Source: an uncultured Calditrichaceae bacterium
GTDB taxonomy: Bacteria; Calditrichota; Calditrichia; RBG-13-44-9
DNA length: 64,000 bases
NCBI GenBank assembly: GCA_964452045.1
Contig: CAYVKM010000005.1
Coordinates: forward strand, 2,945-66,944
Direction: 5' to 3'
A program made the translations under genes and the position numbers. Under the pieces are notes generated by a model. It was given only the letters and a program-made list of their open reading frames with translations. It made no database searches and was not told the origin of the DNA. Positions 54,927 through 64,000 of the stretch are shown here, piece after piece (position 1 is the first letter of the stretch; every line of letters begins with the position of its first letter).

Positions 54927-55769
54927 CTATTTAATATGTTCCATATGAATTTCAATATTCATCTTTTCAGCAATTTTCTTGGCCAGATCTTCCGACAGTT
55001 TCTCCCGCTTAATTGAGATTAATCTGGTCCTGATTTCATCTTTCATCAGATCCAAACTTCTGTAACTGCCGGCTTTCTGTTTATCCATCATCTGGAAGTA
55101 ATAATAACCGGATTCAATTTTGATGGGGCCGTAAATTTTTCCGGTGCTTCCGGTTCGCACGATTCTCTGGATCTCCGGCCGTAAATTTTCCTCCGGAACA
55201 TAACCTAAATCACCGTTTTTTTCCACCATCCGGTTAACCTGGTTTTCCAGGAAGTTCTTTTCGATCACCTCTTCCAAAGATTTTAGTTCCCTGATTTCCT
55301 CGGCGATTGCTTTATCCAGATTTTCCAGATATAACTGCACCAGATGGACTTCATTTTGATCCCGAATGAACTCATCTTTGTTTTTATCATAATAATTTGA
55401 AATCTCTTCATCGGTAATGATGATGTCCCGGGGTAATTTGGCGTCAATATACCGCTGAACCAGCATTTCCTTCTTCAGATTTTCAATGGACCAATCTTCA
55501 TAGGGACTTAATTCTACCCCCTCTTTTTCGGCGGTAATGGCCATGCTGGTTTTTTGGACCCACCGGTCAATATATTGACGTGCGACAATGGCTTTCTGTT
55601 CTTCGGGAAGATTGGGTGGCATCCATTTCAGCAACTGATCCCGGGTCAGGTATTGGTCGCCTACTTTGGCGATTATCTCAATATCGGGAATGGACTTGCT
55701 CTGACAACTGGTAAAAAGTATTGCCAGTGTGAGCAGAAAAAGGAAAATATTCAGCAATAATTTTCTCAT
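54927..55769 (-). CDS. Parvulin-type PPIase-like lipoprotein
   Basis: Lipobox FTSC. SurA_N-like helical region. One degenerate PpiC domain (GDLGYVPEE...GYYYFQMMD). Confidence 0.6.
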   Translation of the reverse strand: MRKLLLNIFLFLLTLAILFTSCQSKSIPDIEIIAKVGDQYLTRDQLLKWMPPNLPEEQKAIVARQYIDRWVQKTSMAITAEKEGVELSPYEDWSIENLKKEMLVQRYIDAKLPRDIIITDEEISNYYDKNKDEFIRDQNEVHLVQLYLENLDKAIAEEIRELKSLEEVIEKNFLENQVNRMVEKNGDLGYVPEENLRPEIQRIVRTGSTGKIYGPIKIESGYYYFQMMDKQKAGSYRSLDLMKDEIRTRLISIKREKLSEDLAKKIAEKMNIEIHMEHIK

Positions 55770-55778
55770 CTCGATGTC

Positions 55779-57488
55779 CTATGATAATTTTTTAAGTAAA
55801 GTTTCATTTATCCATACATCATATTGTTGCTGAAGCTGGGCAAGCAGCGATTGTTTGATGCGGTTTGCTTTTTCCCGCTGGGCATTGCCTTTGGCGATTA
55901 ATTTCACCTCATTGAATGGTCTCACATAAGATGGCTGGAGATCACCGGTTTTGATAACATAGTAAAGATTTTTTTCCAGGATAGGTCCCACAATCTTGTT
56001 TGGCCCCGCTTTGAATGCTTCTTGCACAATTTCCCGGGTGGATTTTTCGCTTTGGTATCCCAGATTGCCTTTACGATTTTTCATGGTGCGCTTTTCCGTA
56101 TATTGGGCTGCCAGATCTTCAAAATTTGCGCCTCGTTTTAAAGCTTTGTGATAAACCTCTTCCGCCTCTTTTTCCGATTTCAGGGCAATTTCCCAGATTT
56201 TAATTTTTGCCGGCTCGGTAAATTGCTCCGGATTATCCCGGTAATAATTCTCAATTTCCTGCTCAGTGGGTTCAATATTCGGATTGATCTCGTATTGATC
56301 GAACATCTGGGAAAGTTTGCTTCTTTTGATATTATCGATCTGGGCCACAATCTCCGGATCTTTATCGACACCTTTTTTCCGGGCCATTAATACCCAGCTC
56401 AGATAATTGTTTATAAAACCATTCAGGTTTCTATCCAGCTTTTCCACGGAATTGTACTGAGGTGCAGCCCGGTAGAAATTCCCTTTAAACTGGTCAAGAA
56501 AATAGTCTACAGTTATATTTACCGATCCGATGTGACCCAATAGAATTTTACGATCCTGCTCGGTAAAGGAAGTATCCTGGAAGGTTGATTCTTTAGAGAG
56601 TGTATCGATTCTCTGCACAAACTGCTCCATGCCTTCTTTGGATAAAGACCAACCCAGATCATTTTTATAATCATAGGACAATTTTTTAAACAGTGAATCG
56701 CCTTCCGGCCGGTAAAATTGACTGAATATTTGCATTTTAATTTTACTTTCGGCATCGGCATAATTACCACCAGTGTTCATTGGTTCATCTTCCAGCACCT
56801 GCACAATAAAAACACCCCGGTCTGTTACAATTGGTCCAAGCAAGTCGCCCTTTTTTGCCCGGGAAATTTTCAGATCCACCTCCGGATCAAATAGACCGGC
56901 ACGATAGGGTTCAATAACGCCCTTTTTCCTTTTGACCATCATGCTTTCAGAATTTTTTTGCGACAGTTCGACAATTGACTGACCATTTTTAATATCGTCG
57001 AAAATACGGTTGGCAAGTTCGATGGTCTCATCTTTACTACGCTGGACATTCATGTCCTTAATCCCGGTAAAACCCAGAGCAACAATCCCAATCTTAATTT
57101 TTCTGGTACTGAGCTCAAAGAAGGCTTTGGTCAATTTTGAGGGAACGAGTTTATCTATGATCTCGATTTGGGAAAGCTTCTGTGCGGACATTCGGTCTAT
57201 CTGCTGTTCAATATCGGAAACAAACTCGGGTTTTTTATCCAAACCCAATTCCTGGGCCCGGACAATTTTTGTTTCATTATCAATGAGCTCCTGCAGTGCC
57301 GCTTTACGCTCTTCAAGGGGAACTGCAGCAATATCGGTTACTCTTTTATTTCTTTCCAGATATTGTTCCAGATCGTTCACCGTAATTTTATTGCCTTCCA
57401 CCTTGGCAATTACTTTGGGTGATTTTCCACAGCTCATTAAGAATAGCAATGGAAAGAACAATGACATAAAAGCAAAAAGGTATCGCAT
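55779..57488 (-). CDS. PpiD/SurA-like lipoprotein with two parvulin-like domains
   Basis: Lipobox LMSCG. Parvulin-like blocks (GVIEPYRAG...RGVFIVQVLE and GNLGYQSEK...NLYYVIKTGD). Confidence 0.65.
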   Translation of the reverse strand: MRYLFAFMSLFFPLLFLMSCGKSPKVIAKVEGNKITVNDLEQYLERNKRVTDIAAVPLEERKAALQELIDNETKIVRAQELGLDKKPEFVSDIEQQIDRMSAQKLSQIEIIDKLVPSKLTKAFFELSTRKIKIGIVALGFTGIKDMNVQRSKDETIELANRIFDDIKNGQSIVELSQKNSESMMVKRKKGVIEPYRAGLFDPEVDLKISRAKKGDLLGPIVTDRGVFIVQVLEDEPMNTGGNYADAESKIKMQIFSQFYRPEGDSLFKKLSYDYKNDLGWSLSKEGMEQFVQRIDTLSKESTFQDTSFTEQDRKILLGHIGSVNITVDYFLDQFKGNFYRAAPQYNSVEKLDRNLNGFINNYLSWVLMARKKGVDKDPEIVAQIDNIKRSKLSQMFDQYEINPNIEPTEQEIENYYRDNPEQFTEPAKIKIWEIALKSEKEAEEVYHKALKRGANFEDLAAQYTEKRTMKNRKGNLGYQSEKSTREIVQEAFKAGPNKIVGPILEKNLYYVIKTGDLQPSYVRPFNEVKLIAKGNAQREKANRIKQSLLAQLQQQYDVWINETLLKKLS

Positions 57489-57558
57489 GAAAAAAATCCT
57501 CCTGTAAACTATTAAAACTGATTTATCTGATTAAATAGCTGCACAAATTATTTTGATC

Positions 57559-60500
57559 CTATAGTCTTTGCAAGAAATTTTGTGCAAATGTTAAATACTC
57601 CCGTGGGTTACTACCCGCTAAATTTAAATGTACTTTAAATCCATGAGTCTGGCTGAAAGATAATTGGGCTATGGTTTGATTAATATATCTGGGCAGCTCC
57701 TTTTCTACAAAGAAATCCTTATCTACAACTTTCTCATCAAAAGTCAACGACATTTTTCCTTTCAGGATCCTAACTTGTTTGATAAATCGCTGACTGGCAA
57801 GCTTTTTTATTTTTACCATTTCAATCAATTGTTCTGCTGGCAAGGGCAGTGGTCCAAAACGGTCTTTGAGTTCTTTGGCCAGATTGTCGATGCTCAGGAT
57901 GCTCTCTAAATTTAACAGGCGGTGATAAATCAACACTTTTTCGTTGCTGGATTCGATATAATCGTCCGGTATAAAAGTTTCGGCGTCCACTTCGACCGCC
58001 GCATCAACTGTGGGCGTTCGTTCCTTAATCAATTCCTCGGGCAGGGTTTCTTCCTGGATTTTATCGACAGTGTCCTTTAATATTTTTTGATACAGATCGA
58101 ATCCGACTGCATTGATATACCCGCTTTGCTGATGTCCCAATAAGTTTCCCGCACCACGAATCTCCAGATCGCGCATGGCAATTTTTAGACCGGAGCCGAG
58201 TTCCGAAAATTCTTCAATGGCGTATAGCCTCTTCAGGCTGGTTTCGTTAAGACGATCATGCGGCGGAACAATCAGGTACGCATAAGCCTGGCGATCGGAT
58301 CGGCCTACCCGACCACGCAACTGGTACAGTTGAGCCAGTCCGAATTTATCCGCCCGGTTTATGATAATAGTGTTGCAATTGGGTATGTCCAATCCGTTCT
58401 CAATAATCATAGTAGCCAGCAAAACGTCGTACTTCTTATCATAGAAATCCTGCATGATTTTTTCCAAGGCCCGCTCCGGCATTTGGCCATGAGCAATAGC
58501 TATTTTAGCTTTTGGGACAATCTGCATCAGCATCGCTGCCACACCCTCAATGGTCTGTACCCGGTTGTGAACAAAAAATACCTGTCCACCCCGTTCCAGT
58601 TCATGGGTAATGGCTTTGTAGATTAACTCTTTGTCCCAGGAGCAAATTTCGGTGATAATCGGCAGCCTGTTCCTGGGTGCGGTATCAATATTTGATAAAT
58701 CCCGTGCCCCCATCAATGCCATCTGTAATGTCCGGGGAATTGGTGTTGCAGACAAAGTTAGGGTGTCCACATTTGTTTTTAGCTGCCGGAGTTTTTCTTT
58801 GTGCTTTACTCCGAATTGCTGCTCCTCATCAACAATCAGTAACCCCAGATCCTTGAATTCAACATCGACAGACAGTAAACGATGGGTACCAATAACGATA
58901 TCAACATCGGCAGTTTTAAGCCGATCGATAATTATCTTTTGCTCCGCCCTGCTTTTAAATCGGGAGAGTACCTCAATGTTTACCGGAAAATTTTTCAATC
59001 TTTCACGCAAGGTGTGATAATGCTGTTGCGCCAGAATAGTAGTTGGTACCAGAAATGCGGCCTGTTTACCGTCGACCACCGCTTTAAACGCGGCCCGGAT
59101 AGCAACTTCTGTCTTTCCAAAACCCACATCACCGCAGATGAGCCGGTCCATCGGTTTACCCCGTTCCATATCCTCTTTTACTTCCTGGGTTGTCCGGGCC
59201 TGATCCGGCGTATCAGCATACAAAAATGAAGCTTCCAGTTCCTTTTGCCAGAGTGTATCCTCGGAAAAACTTATTCCACCACCGCTCATCCGCTCAGCAT
59301 ATAATTTGACCAAATCCCGGGCGATGTTCTCGACTGCCTTTTTCGTTTTTTCCTTGGTGCGTTCCCATTCAGCACTGCCCAGCCGGGTAAGCGGTGGATT
59401 GTATCCTTCTTCGCTTACATATTTCTGGACGTGATTCAATTTGTCCAGGTTAACATAAAGGATATCCTTATTTTCGTATTCGACTTTAATGGTATCCTTC
59501 TGCACCCCGGCCACATTTATGCGTTCCGTACCAATATATTTTCCGATTCCGTAATCCACATGCACCACATAGTCGCCAAATTTCAGACTGTTCAGATGTC
59601 TGATCAGACTTCCGGACACTCGCAATCTGCGCCGGCTACGTCGTGCTTTAACCCTATCGAAAATTTCATGTTCGGTTAGTATTTCCGTCTGGAGATCCGG
59701 TATGGAAAATCCGTTGTGGATATCCCCCTGGATAAATTTTATTGGAGGCAGCCATCCCATTTCAGCCAGGATAATTTCTTCTAAACGTTCACGCCGGGTT
59801 GGTTTGTCGTAAACCAGATAAACCGGTGAATTTTTCTTGTTATCCCTGCCATAACATTTATTGAGGAATTTGACCAGCAATTTTATATTGCCATGAAAAG
59901 ACTCGGCCTGGTGTACATTAAAATCCAGATGGCCATTCCCGGTTCCCTTAAAATGGCGATGAATGATCTGCCGATTTCCTGAGACAGATTTTTCTATCTC
60001 CTGCCGGGAGAGATAAGTGCTTGATATATCGCCAATTCCTACTTTTTCTCCTGAGCTAAAAATTCTTTCTGCATTTTCGAGCCAATCCTGAATGGATTTA
60101 TTGGTTTGCTCCACATCATCCCAGAAAATCAGGCTGCCGGCTGGTAAGTAATCGAAGAGGGTGGCATTTTTTTGAATTTCATCGTTTTTTCCAACGATCC
60201 TGATTTTCTCCAGCTGTCGTAGGGACATTTGGGTCAGGATATCGAATTCCCGGATGGAATGGATTTCATCATCAAAAAATTCGATCCGGTAGGGGGCTTC
60301 GGCTTCAAAGGAAAAAACATCAACAATTCCGCCACGGGCACTGAATTGCCCGATCTCTTCTATAGCGGGTACCCGTTCGAATCCGGAACTGACCAGCCAT
60401 TCAAGCAGGAACTCCCGGTCCAGCTGGTTCTTGACCTGCACGTAACTGACCTGTTTCCGGATTTCTTCCGGGGATTCGATACGTTGCAGGAGTCCAACCG

Positions 60501-60861
60501 GAGTTGTTATAACGATGGAGGCCGGATTTTCCAGAGTACTGATTAACGCATTTAGTCTTGCGCTGTAAAGGGATGGGGTAAAATTTCCCTGGTCGAACGG
60601 GACGATCTCGGCCTGGGGAAAATATAAAATTCGGTTTTGTGGCATAAGAGATTGCAAGTCGTCGGCCAGCCTTTCTGCCTTTTCAGTCTCCGGGACAATT
60701 GCCAGAATGCTATTTTCAAAAAGATCGTAGACATAGTTTAATACGATACTTAAAAAAGAACCACTTAAACCCTTAATTTCAACAGTGGTATTCGCGAACA
60801 GCCTGTCCCGAAAGGTTTCAAATACAGGTTGTGCCGTTAGTATCGATTTAAGTTTTAACAT
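57559..60861 (-). CDS. mfd: Transcription-repair coupling factor
   Basis: 1100 aa. CarD/RID-like block GDYVVHVDYGIGKY. SF2 helicase motifs GDVGFGKTEVA, DEEQQFGV, SATPIPRTL, QLRGRVGR. C-terminal TRCF domain. Confidence 0.95.
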   Translation of the reverse strand: MLKLKSILTAQPVFETFRDRLFANTTVEIKGLSGSFLSIVLNYVYDLFENSILAIVPETEKAERLADDLQSLMPQNRILYFPQAEIVPFDQGNFTPSLYSARLNALISTLENPASIVITTPVGLLQRIESPEEIRKQVSYVQVKNQLDREFLLEWLVSSGFERVPAIEEIGQFSARGGIVDVFSFEAEAPYRIEFFDDEIHSIREFDILTQMSLRQLEKIRIVGKNDEIQKNATLFDYLPAGSLIFWDDVEQTNKSIQDWLENAERIFSSGEKVGIGDISSTYLSRQEIEKSVSGNRQIIHRHFKGTGNGHLDFNVHQAESFHGNIKLLVKFLNKCYGRDNKKNSPVYLVYDKPTRRERLEEIILAEMGWLPPIKFIQGDIHNGFSIPDLQTEILTEHEIFDRVKARRSRRRLRVSGSLIRHLNSLKFGDYVVHVDYGIGKYIGTERINVAGVQKDTIKVEYENKDILYVNLDKLNHVQKYVSEEGYNPPLTRLGSAEWERTKEKTKKAVENIARDLVKLYAERMSGGGISFSEDTLWQKELEASFLYADTPDQARTTQEVKEDMERGKPMDRLICGDVGFGKTEVAIRAAFKAVVDGKQAAFLVPTTILAQQHYHTLRERLKNFPVNIEVLSRFKSRAEQKIIIDRLKTADVDIVIGTHRLLSVDVEFKDLGLLIVDEEQQFGVKHKEKLRQLKTNVDTLTLSATPIPRTLQMALMGARDLSNIDTAPRNRLPIITEICSWDKELIYKAITHELERGGQVFFVHNRVQTIEGVAAMLMQIVPKAKIAIAHGQMPERALEKIMQDFYDKKYDVLLATMIIENGLDIPNCNTIIINRADKFGLAQLYQLRGRVGRSDRQAYAYLIVPPHDRLNETSLKRLYAIEEFSELGSGLKIAMRDLEIRGAGNLLGHQQSGYINAVGFDLYQKILKDTVDKIQEETLPEELIKERTPTVDAAVEVDAETFIPDDYIESSNEKVLIYHRLLNLESILSIDNLAKELKDRFGPLPLPAEQLIEMVKIKKLASQRFIKQVRILKGKMSLTFDEKVVDKDFFVEKELPRYINQTIAQLSFSQTHGFKVHLNLAGSNPREYLTFAQNFLQRL

Positions 60862-61075
60862 GCCTTTGTATTAAAGATATTAACCAAAATAATAAATCAA
60901 AAATTAACACAAAGTTCCCGGGTTAAAAAGAAAGATTTATAGGAGACATCAGGATATCGAGGGACGGTAAGGTCTTTTTTCCGGATGGATGATGTACAGA
61001 TATTTGCGGAAATCCTCAACCCACTACCTGTGCCAGGCCCGGGCATTTCACTTCTGCTGATTGAATACTTCTGAT

Positions 61076-61918
61076 TTATTTTGCCTGATGGCCCTGGGTA
61101 TAATCCAATTCCGACCCAAATACACTGTGTGGAATGAGATAAACGGCCAGCATTAAGAAAGCTGCAAAAAATATCCAGCCCCGGCTTTTCTCACCCCTAC
61201 TGTTTTTTAGCCAGGCCCAGAGCCAGCCGAGCATGGCGATCAGCGTCTTATTGTCGGTCAAATCGTAGCCGAAGGGAATGCCGGTCCATAATTCACCGAA
61301 AGCATATTTCTGAACCAGTGGTCCCAGAATAAATCCTCCCACCAGAAACAGGCCCATGGTCCAGTACATATATCTTTTGGCATTTCCTTCCGGATCAAGT
61401 GCCTCCAAAGCAGTTCGGTTGGAGAACAACATAGCCAGGAACATAAGCAGAATGTGGGGAATCAAAACGGCTTCTGGCACATGACCCTTGAATCGGATGA
61501 TCACAGGCTCATCTCCGGTGATAGATAGCGTTCGACTGCCCGTCTGAAGATAAACCTGATAAATTAGTTTACCGGCGGCAGGTTGTCTGGGAAGTTGCTG
61601 GGTGATAAAATCTCCATCCCGTTTCAGGAGCAGCTTGTTCCATTCGTCGTTCGAGTTATAGCGTTTGTATTTCACATAGCCATGAATCAACGTATCTGGT
61701 ACCTCTATTTTGATTAAGGCATCACGATCGGTAATTTCACTGCGCAATAGTTTAAAGGAAATCTCGGTGCTATTTATATGGACTTTGCCCCGAACCGGGT
61801 AGGTTGGCCCGGTAAGCCTTTGATAAACTGCCGAACTAACGGTAATTAAAATGGCAATTATCCATAATATTGTTTTATGGTGTGCTATATGAAAATTGAA
61901 AAATCTATCCTTGGTCAT
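61076..61918 (-). CDS. Hypothetical membrane protein (N-terminal anchor, beta-rich domain, about 4 C-terminal TM helices)
   Basis: Call rests on hydrophobicity pattern only. No motif recognised. Confidence 0.4.
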   Translation of the reverse strand: MTKDRFFNFHIAHHKTILWIIAILITVSSAVYQRLTGPTYPVRGKVHINSTEISFKLLRSEITDRDALIKIEVPDTLIHGYVKYKRYNSNDEWNKLLLKRDGDFITQQLPRQPAAGKLIYQVYLQTGSRTLSITGDEPVIIRFKGHVPEAVLIPHILLMFLAMLFSNRTALEALDPEGNAKRYMYWTMGLFLVGGFILGPLVQKYAFGELWTGIPFGYDLTDNKTLIAMLGWLWAWLKNSRGEKSRGWIFFAAFLMLAVYLIPHSVFGSELDYTQGHQAK

Positions 61919-62054
61919 TATGTACCTGTCGCTTTCGGTTTTCGGCCTGATAAAAGCTTAAATTTATTTTTGGATTTGTGATTGTCCAAGTGTAGTTTTA
62001 TTTCTTTTGGATATAGCTTGATTAATGTTCAGTTTATAAAAAAATGCGATTAAA

Positions 62055-62636
62055 ATGCCTGAAGATCTTTTTAGTAATTTTGCCCACTTTTTTGGAGAAG
62101 ATAATTTTCTTAAACCGTCGCTGCTTGTCCCCCAGGCAAAAATAAATCAATTCTTGCAGAACTATTTTAAAGAAGTGAAAGAAATTGACCGGGTGCTTTT
62201 TGATTTCATGGAGGGGAAGTGTCGAGTGACTTTTATGATCGATTTTCTGATAAAATTTTTGATTGATTTTGATATCACTTCGGATGACATTGCTTTTGCC
62301 GATAATACTTTTAGGATAAAGTTGGAAAGGATAACCCGACTCCGGTTTGCCGGCGGAAGTTTTATCACCATACTAATTCTGCAAATTATTTATTTTATCA
62401 TGGAAAAAATATTGAGAATCGATTTATTTCAGTTTATCAGTCGGGGTCAGCAAAATTTGTTGGTGTCCGGTAAAAACATAAAAATTAATTTTAATCTTGA
62501 TGAAATGAGTCTTCCCCAGGAGAGTGAAAAATGGCTAAAATTGCTGGGTGATAAAATTAATCCGGAAGAGCTCCAATTTGTCAAGGGTGGTGTTCGTTTA
62601 ACCTTTTCAGTTAACAAGTCACAGAGGGACTATTAA
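62055..62636 (+). CDS. Hypothetical protein
   Basis: 193-aa ORF with one central hydrophobic segment (FITILILQIIYFIM). No motif recognised. Confidence 0.35.
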   Translation: MPEDLFSNFAHFFGEDNFLKPSLLVPQAKINQFLQNYFKEVKEIDRVLFDFMEGKCRVTFMIDFLIKFLIDFDITSDDIAFADNTFRIKLERITRLRFAGGSFITILILQIIYFIMEKILRIDLFQFISRGQQNLLVSGKNIKINFNLDEMSLPQESEKWLKLLGDKINPEELQFVKGGVRLTFSVNKSQRDY

Positions 62637-62664
62637 TTTCAGGACTCATTCTTAGAGAGGCGTC

Positions 62665-63513
62665 ATGAGACTTTTTATTCAATATCGGCCTTGGTTACAA
62701 AATATGTTATTCCGGATAATCCCGGTTGGCATCATTTTTCTGTTTCTGTTGGGATGTGCATCTAAACTAAAAAAACTTGAGGATATGCAGACCAGGGGAA
62801 GTGACAGGGAAATTGTAGAATCCGATATTGACTGTATCGATAATTCAGAAAATTGTTTTAAGATTAAATTGATACGGGCAGACAGTTATCTGAAAATGAA
62901 TAAGGTTGACCGGGCTGCCCTTTATTCGGAAGAAGCAATTGACCGGATAAATAATGGTATTCCCCGCCAGGATGCTTTGCAGGCCTATCTAATTAATACT
63001 TCCGCCTTGCAGGAACAGCTGAAATCTGCCACTTTCACCGATTTAAAACAGGATTTGATCAAACAAATTAATGGTCGTCTGAGCAGCGCCGAGGACATAC
63101 TGCAGGCACTACCACAAAATGAAAAGTACAGAGAAATTGAGAAAAATGTGCTCCTGCAAAAGATTGAAAATTTGTTTCTGGAGATGGATATTTCCGATCG
63201 GAGTTACCTGGAAAGCATTTATCAGCGGTTAATGAAATCTGTTGAAGCCCTTAAAAAGGTTCAACCGGATGAAGGTTACATTTCCTATTTTACCCTTAAG
63301 GCCGAATATAAAACCCTTCGCCCGGAAATCGCCCGGTGGATGAGTGGTGGCAAGCGGCAGGGAGACCGGGAGAGATTGTTGGAACAGCTCAAGTTGATTT
63401 ACAAGCAAGCCCTTCCCCTGCGTGCAGAACCGGTTTATTATCAGGGATATGCCGGGGAAATAGAGCAGTTTTTGACCGATGTCGATAATTCAATGAAACA
63501 GCTGGTACTGTAA
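62665..63513 (+). CDS. Hypothetical helical lipoprotein
   Basis: Signal peptide with lipobox LLGCAS. The remainder is predicted helical and TPR-like. Confidence 0.45.
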   Translation: MRLFIQYRPWLQNMLFRIIPVGIIFLFLLGCASKLKKLEDMQTRGSDREIVESDIDCIDNSENCFKIKLIRADSYLKMNKVDRAALYSEEAIDRINNGIPRQDALQAYLINTSALQEQLKSATFTDLKQDLIKQINGRLSSAEDILQALPQNEKYREIEKNVLLQKIENLFLEMDISDRSYLESIYQRLMKSVEALKKVQPDEGYISYFTLKAEYKTLRPEIARWMSGGKRQGDRERLLEQLKLIYKQALPLRAEPVYYQGYAGEIEQFLTDVDNSMKQLVL

Positions 63514-63556
63514 CCCACTACTTGGAACTTCAACAAAAAAATATAAACTGCATTCC

Positions 63557-64000
63557 CTATTTTTGAACCATCAGTTGCATGAATTCCTTCATGCTTTTCA
63601 CCTTTTCCAGATCCATAATACTTTCCACAATACGATCCCGCTGAGCCTTTCCTACCTTATCCAGCACCATGCTGTCGAATTTATCGATCAATTCCTTCTC
63701 GGACATGGGATCGCGGTAATCGCCCTTGGGATAATCCACCCGGAGCTGGTGTTTTTTACCATTAGTGGTGGTAATGGTCACATCGGCTGCTTTTAGTCTG
63801 GGAAATAGCTTTTCGAATTCAGGCTCGGCCACCACTTTAATTTTTGGCAGAAGCTCCCATATCTGGGAATCTTTTAGTTTCTCGTCCTTAAATTGTGAAG
63901 GGGTAACCATTCCATCCACTACTGCAGCGGCCAGGCAGTAGGGTAGGCTATGATCAGCAGTTTCTTTGCTGGTCGGTTTGTATTTGGAGGGATCGGACAG
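63557..64000 (-). CDS. MmgE/PrpD family protein (2-methylcitrate dehydratase-like), C-terminal part; 5-prime end lies outside the window
   Basis: The reverse frame stays open to nt 64000. It reads ...SDPSKYKPTSKETADHSLPYCLAAAVVDGMVTPSQF..., and ADHSLPY is a PrpD family hallmark. Confidence 0.75.
   Translation of the reverse strand: MSDPSKYKPTSKETADHSLPYCLAAAVVDGMVTPSQFKDEKLKDSQIWELLPKIKVVAEPEFEKLFPRLKAADVTITTTNGKKHQLRVDYPKGDYRDPMSEKELIDKFDSMVLDKVGKAQRDRIVESIMDLEKVKSMKEFMQLMVQK

Noticed and set aside
1-64000. Window-wide search by eye for CRISPR arrays, rRNA/tRNA genes, IS elements, integrases and prophage blocks
   Set aside because: I found no regularly spaced direct repeats, no rRNA or tRNA signatures (the one tRNA T-arm-like sequence, at 35404-35424, is entered separately as rejected) and no transposase or integrase-like ORFs. 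The only nuclease-type gene is the interrupted HNH. A computational scan (tRNAscan-SE, Infernal, CRISPR finders) would be needed to be definitive.

Overview
This is a densely coding 64-kb chromosomal window, moderately AT-rich, from a diderm (Gram-negative-type) bacterium. Kdo transferase, an OmpA-family protein, SurA-like chaperones and a secretin are all present. I recognised no rRNA, tRNA, CRISPR array, transposase or integrase. Most genes are envelope or housekeeping genes: class A PBP, RsgA, WaaA, UvrA, FeoAB, AlaX, NadE, PgeF, UppP, three tandem parvulin PPIases, Mfd and an NtrC-type sigma-54 activator. The stand-out is a ~13-kb, 11-gene type IV filament locus (T4P/T2SS-like) at about 34.8-47.8 kb. 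Its order is pilin-like gene, hairpin terminator, PilC, PilB, three further subunit-like genes, PilT, a PilM-PilN fusion, a PilO-like gene, a short secretin and an Ig-domain lipoprotein. All four subunit-like proteins have almost no leader peptide, and three of them, including the presumed major subunit, lack the canonical G|FTLIE prepilin motif. No prepilin peptidase is in the window. The locus is preceded by a 612-nt non-coding region carrying a sigma-54-like -24/-12 element. Other points of interest are listed below.
- A 5-prime-truncated glutamate-synthase-like giant protein has a permuted domain order (FMN domain, then an internal Ntn-type amidotransferase, then GXGXG).
- An EIIA(Ntr)-like / PII-like / DUF2007-like / ClC-channel operon is present.
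- An HNH endonuclease gene is interrupted by a single in-frame TAA.
- The sigma-54 response regulator is translationally coupled to a PqqD/RRE-like protein, with no RiPP enzymes nearby.
All functional calls come from motif recognition by eye. No database search was run.
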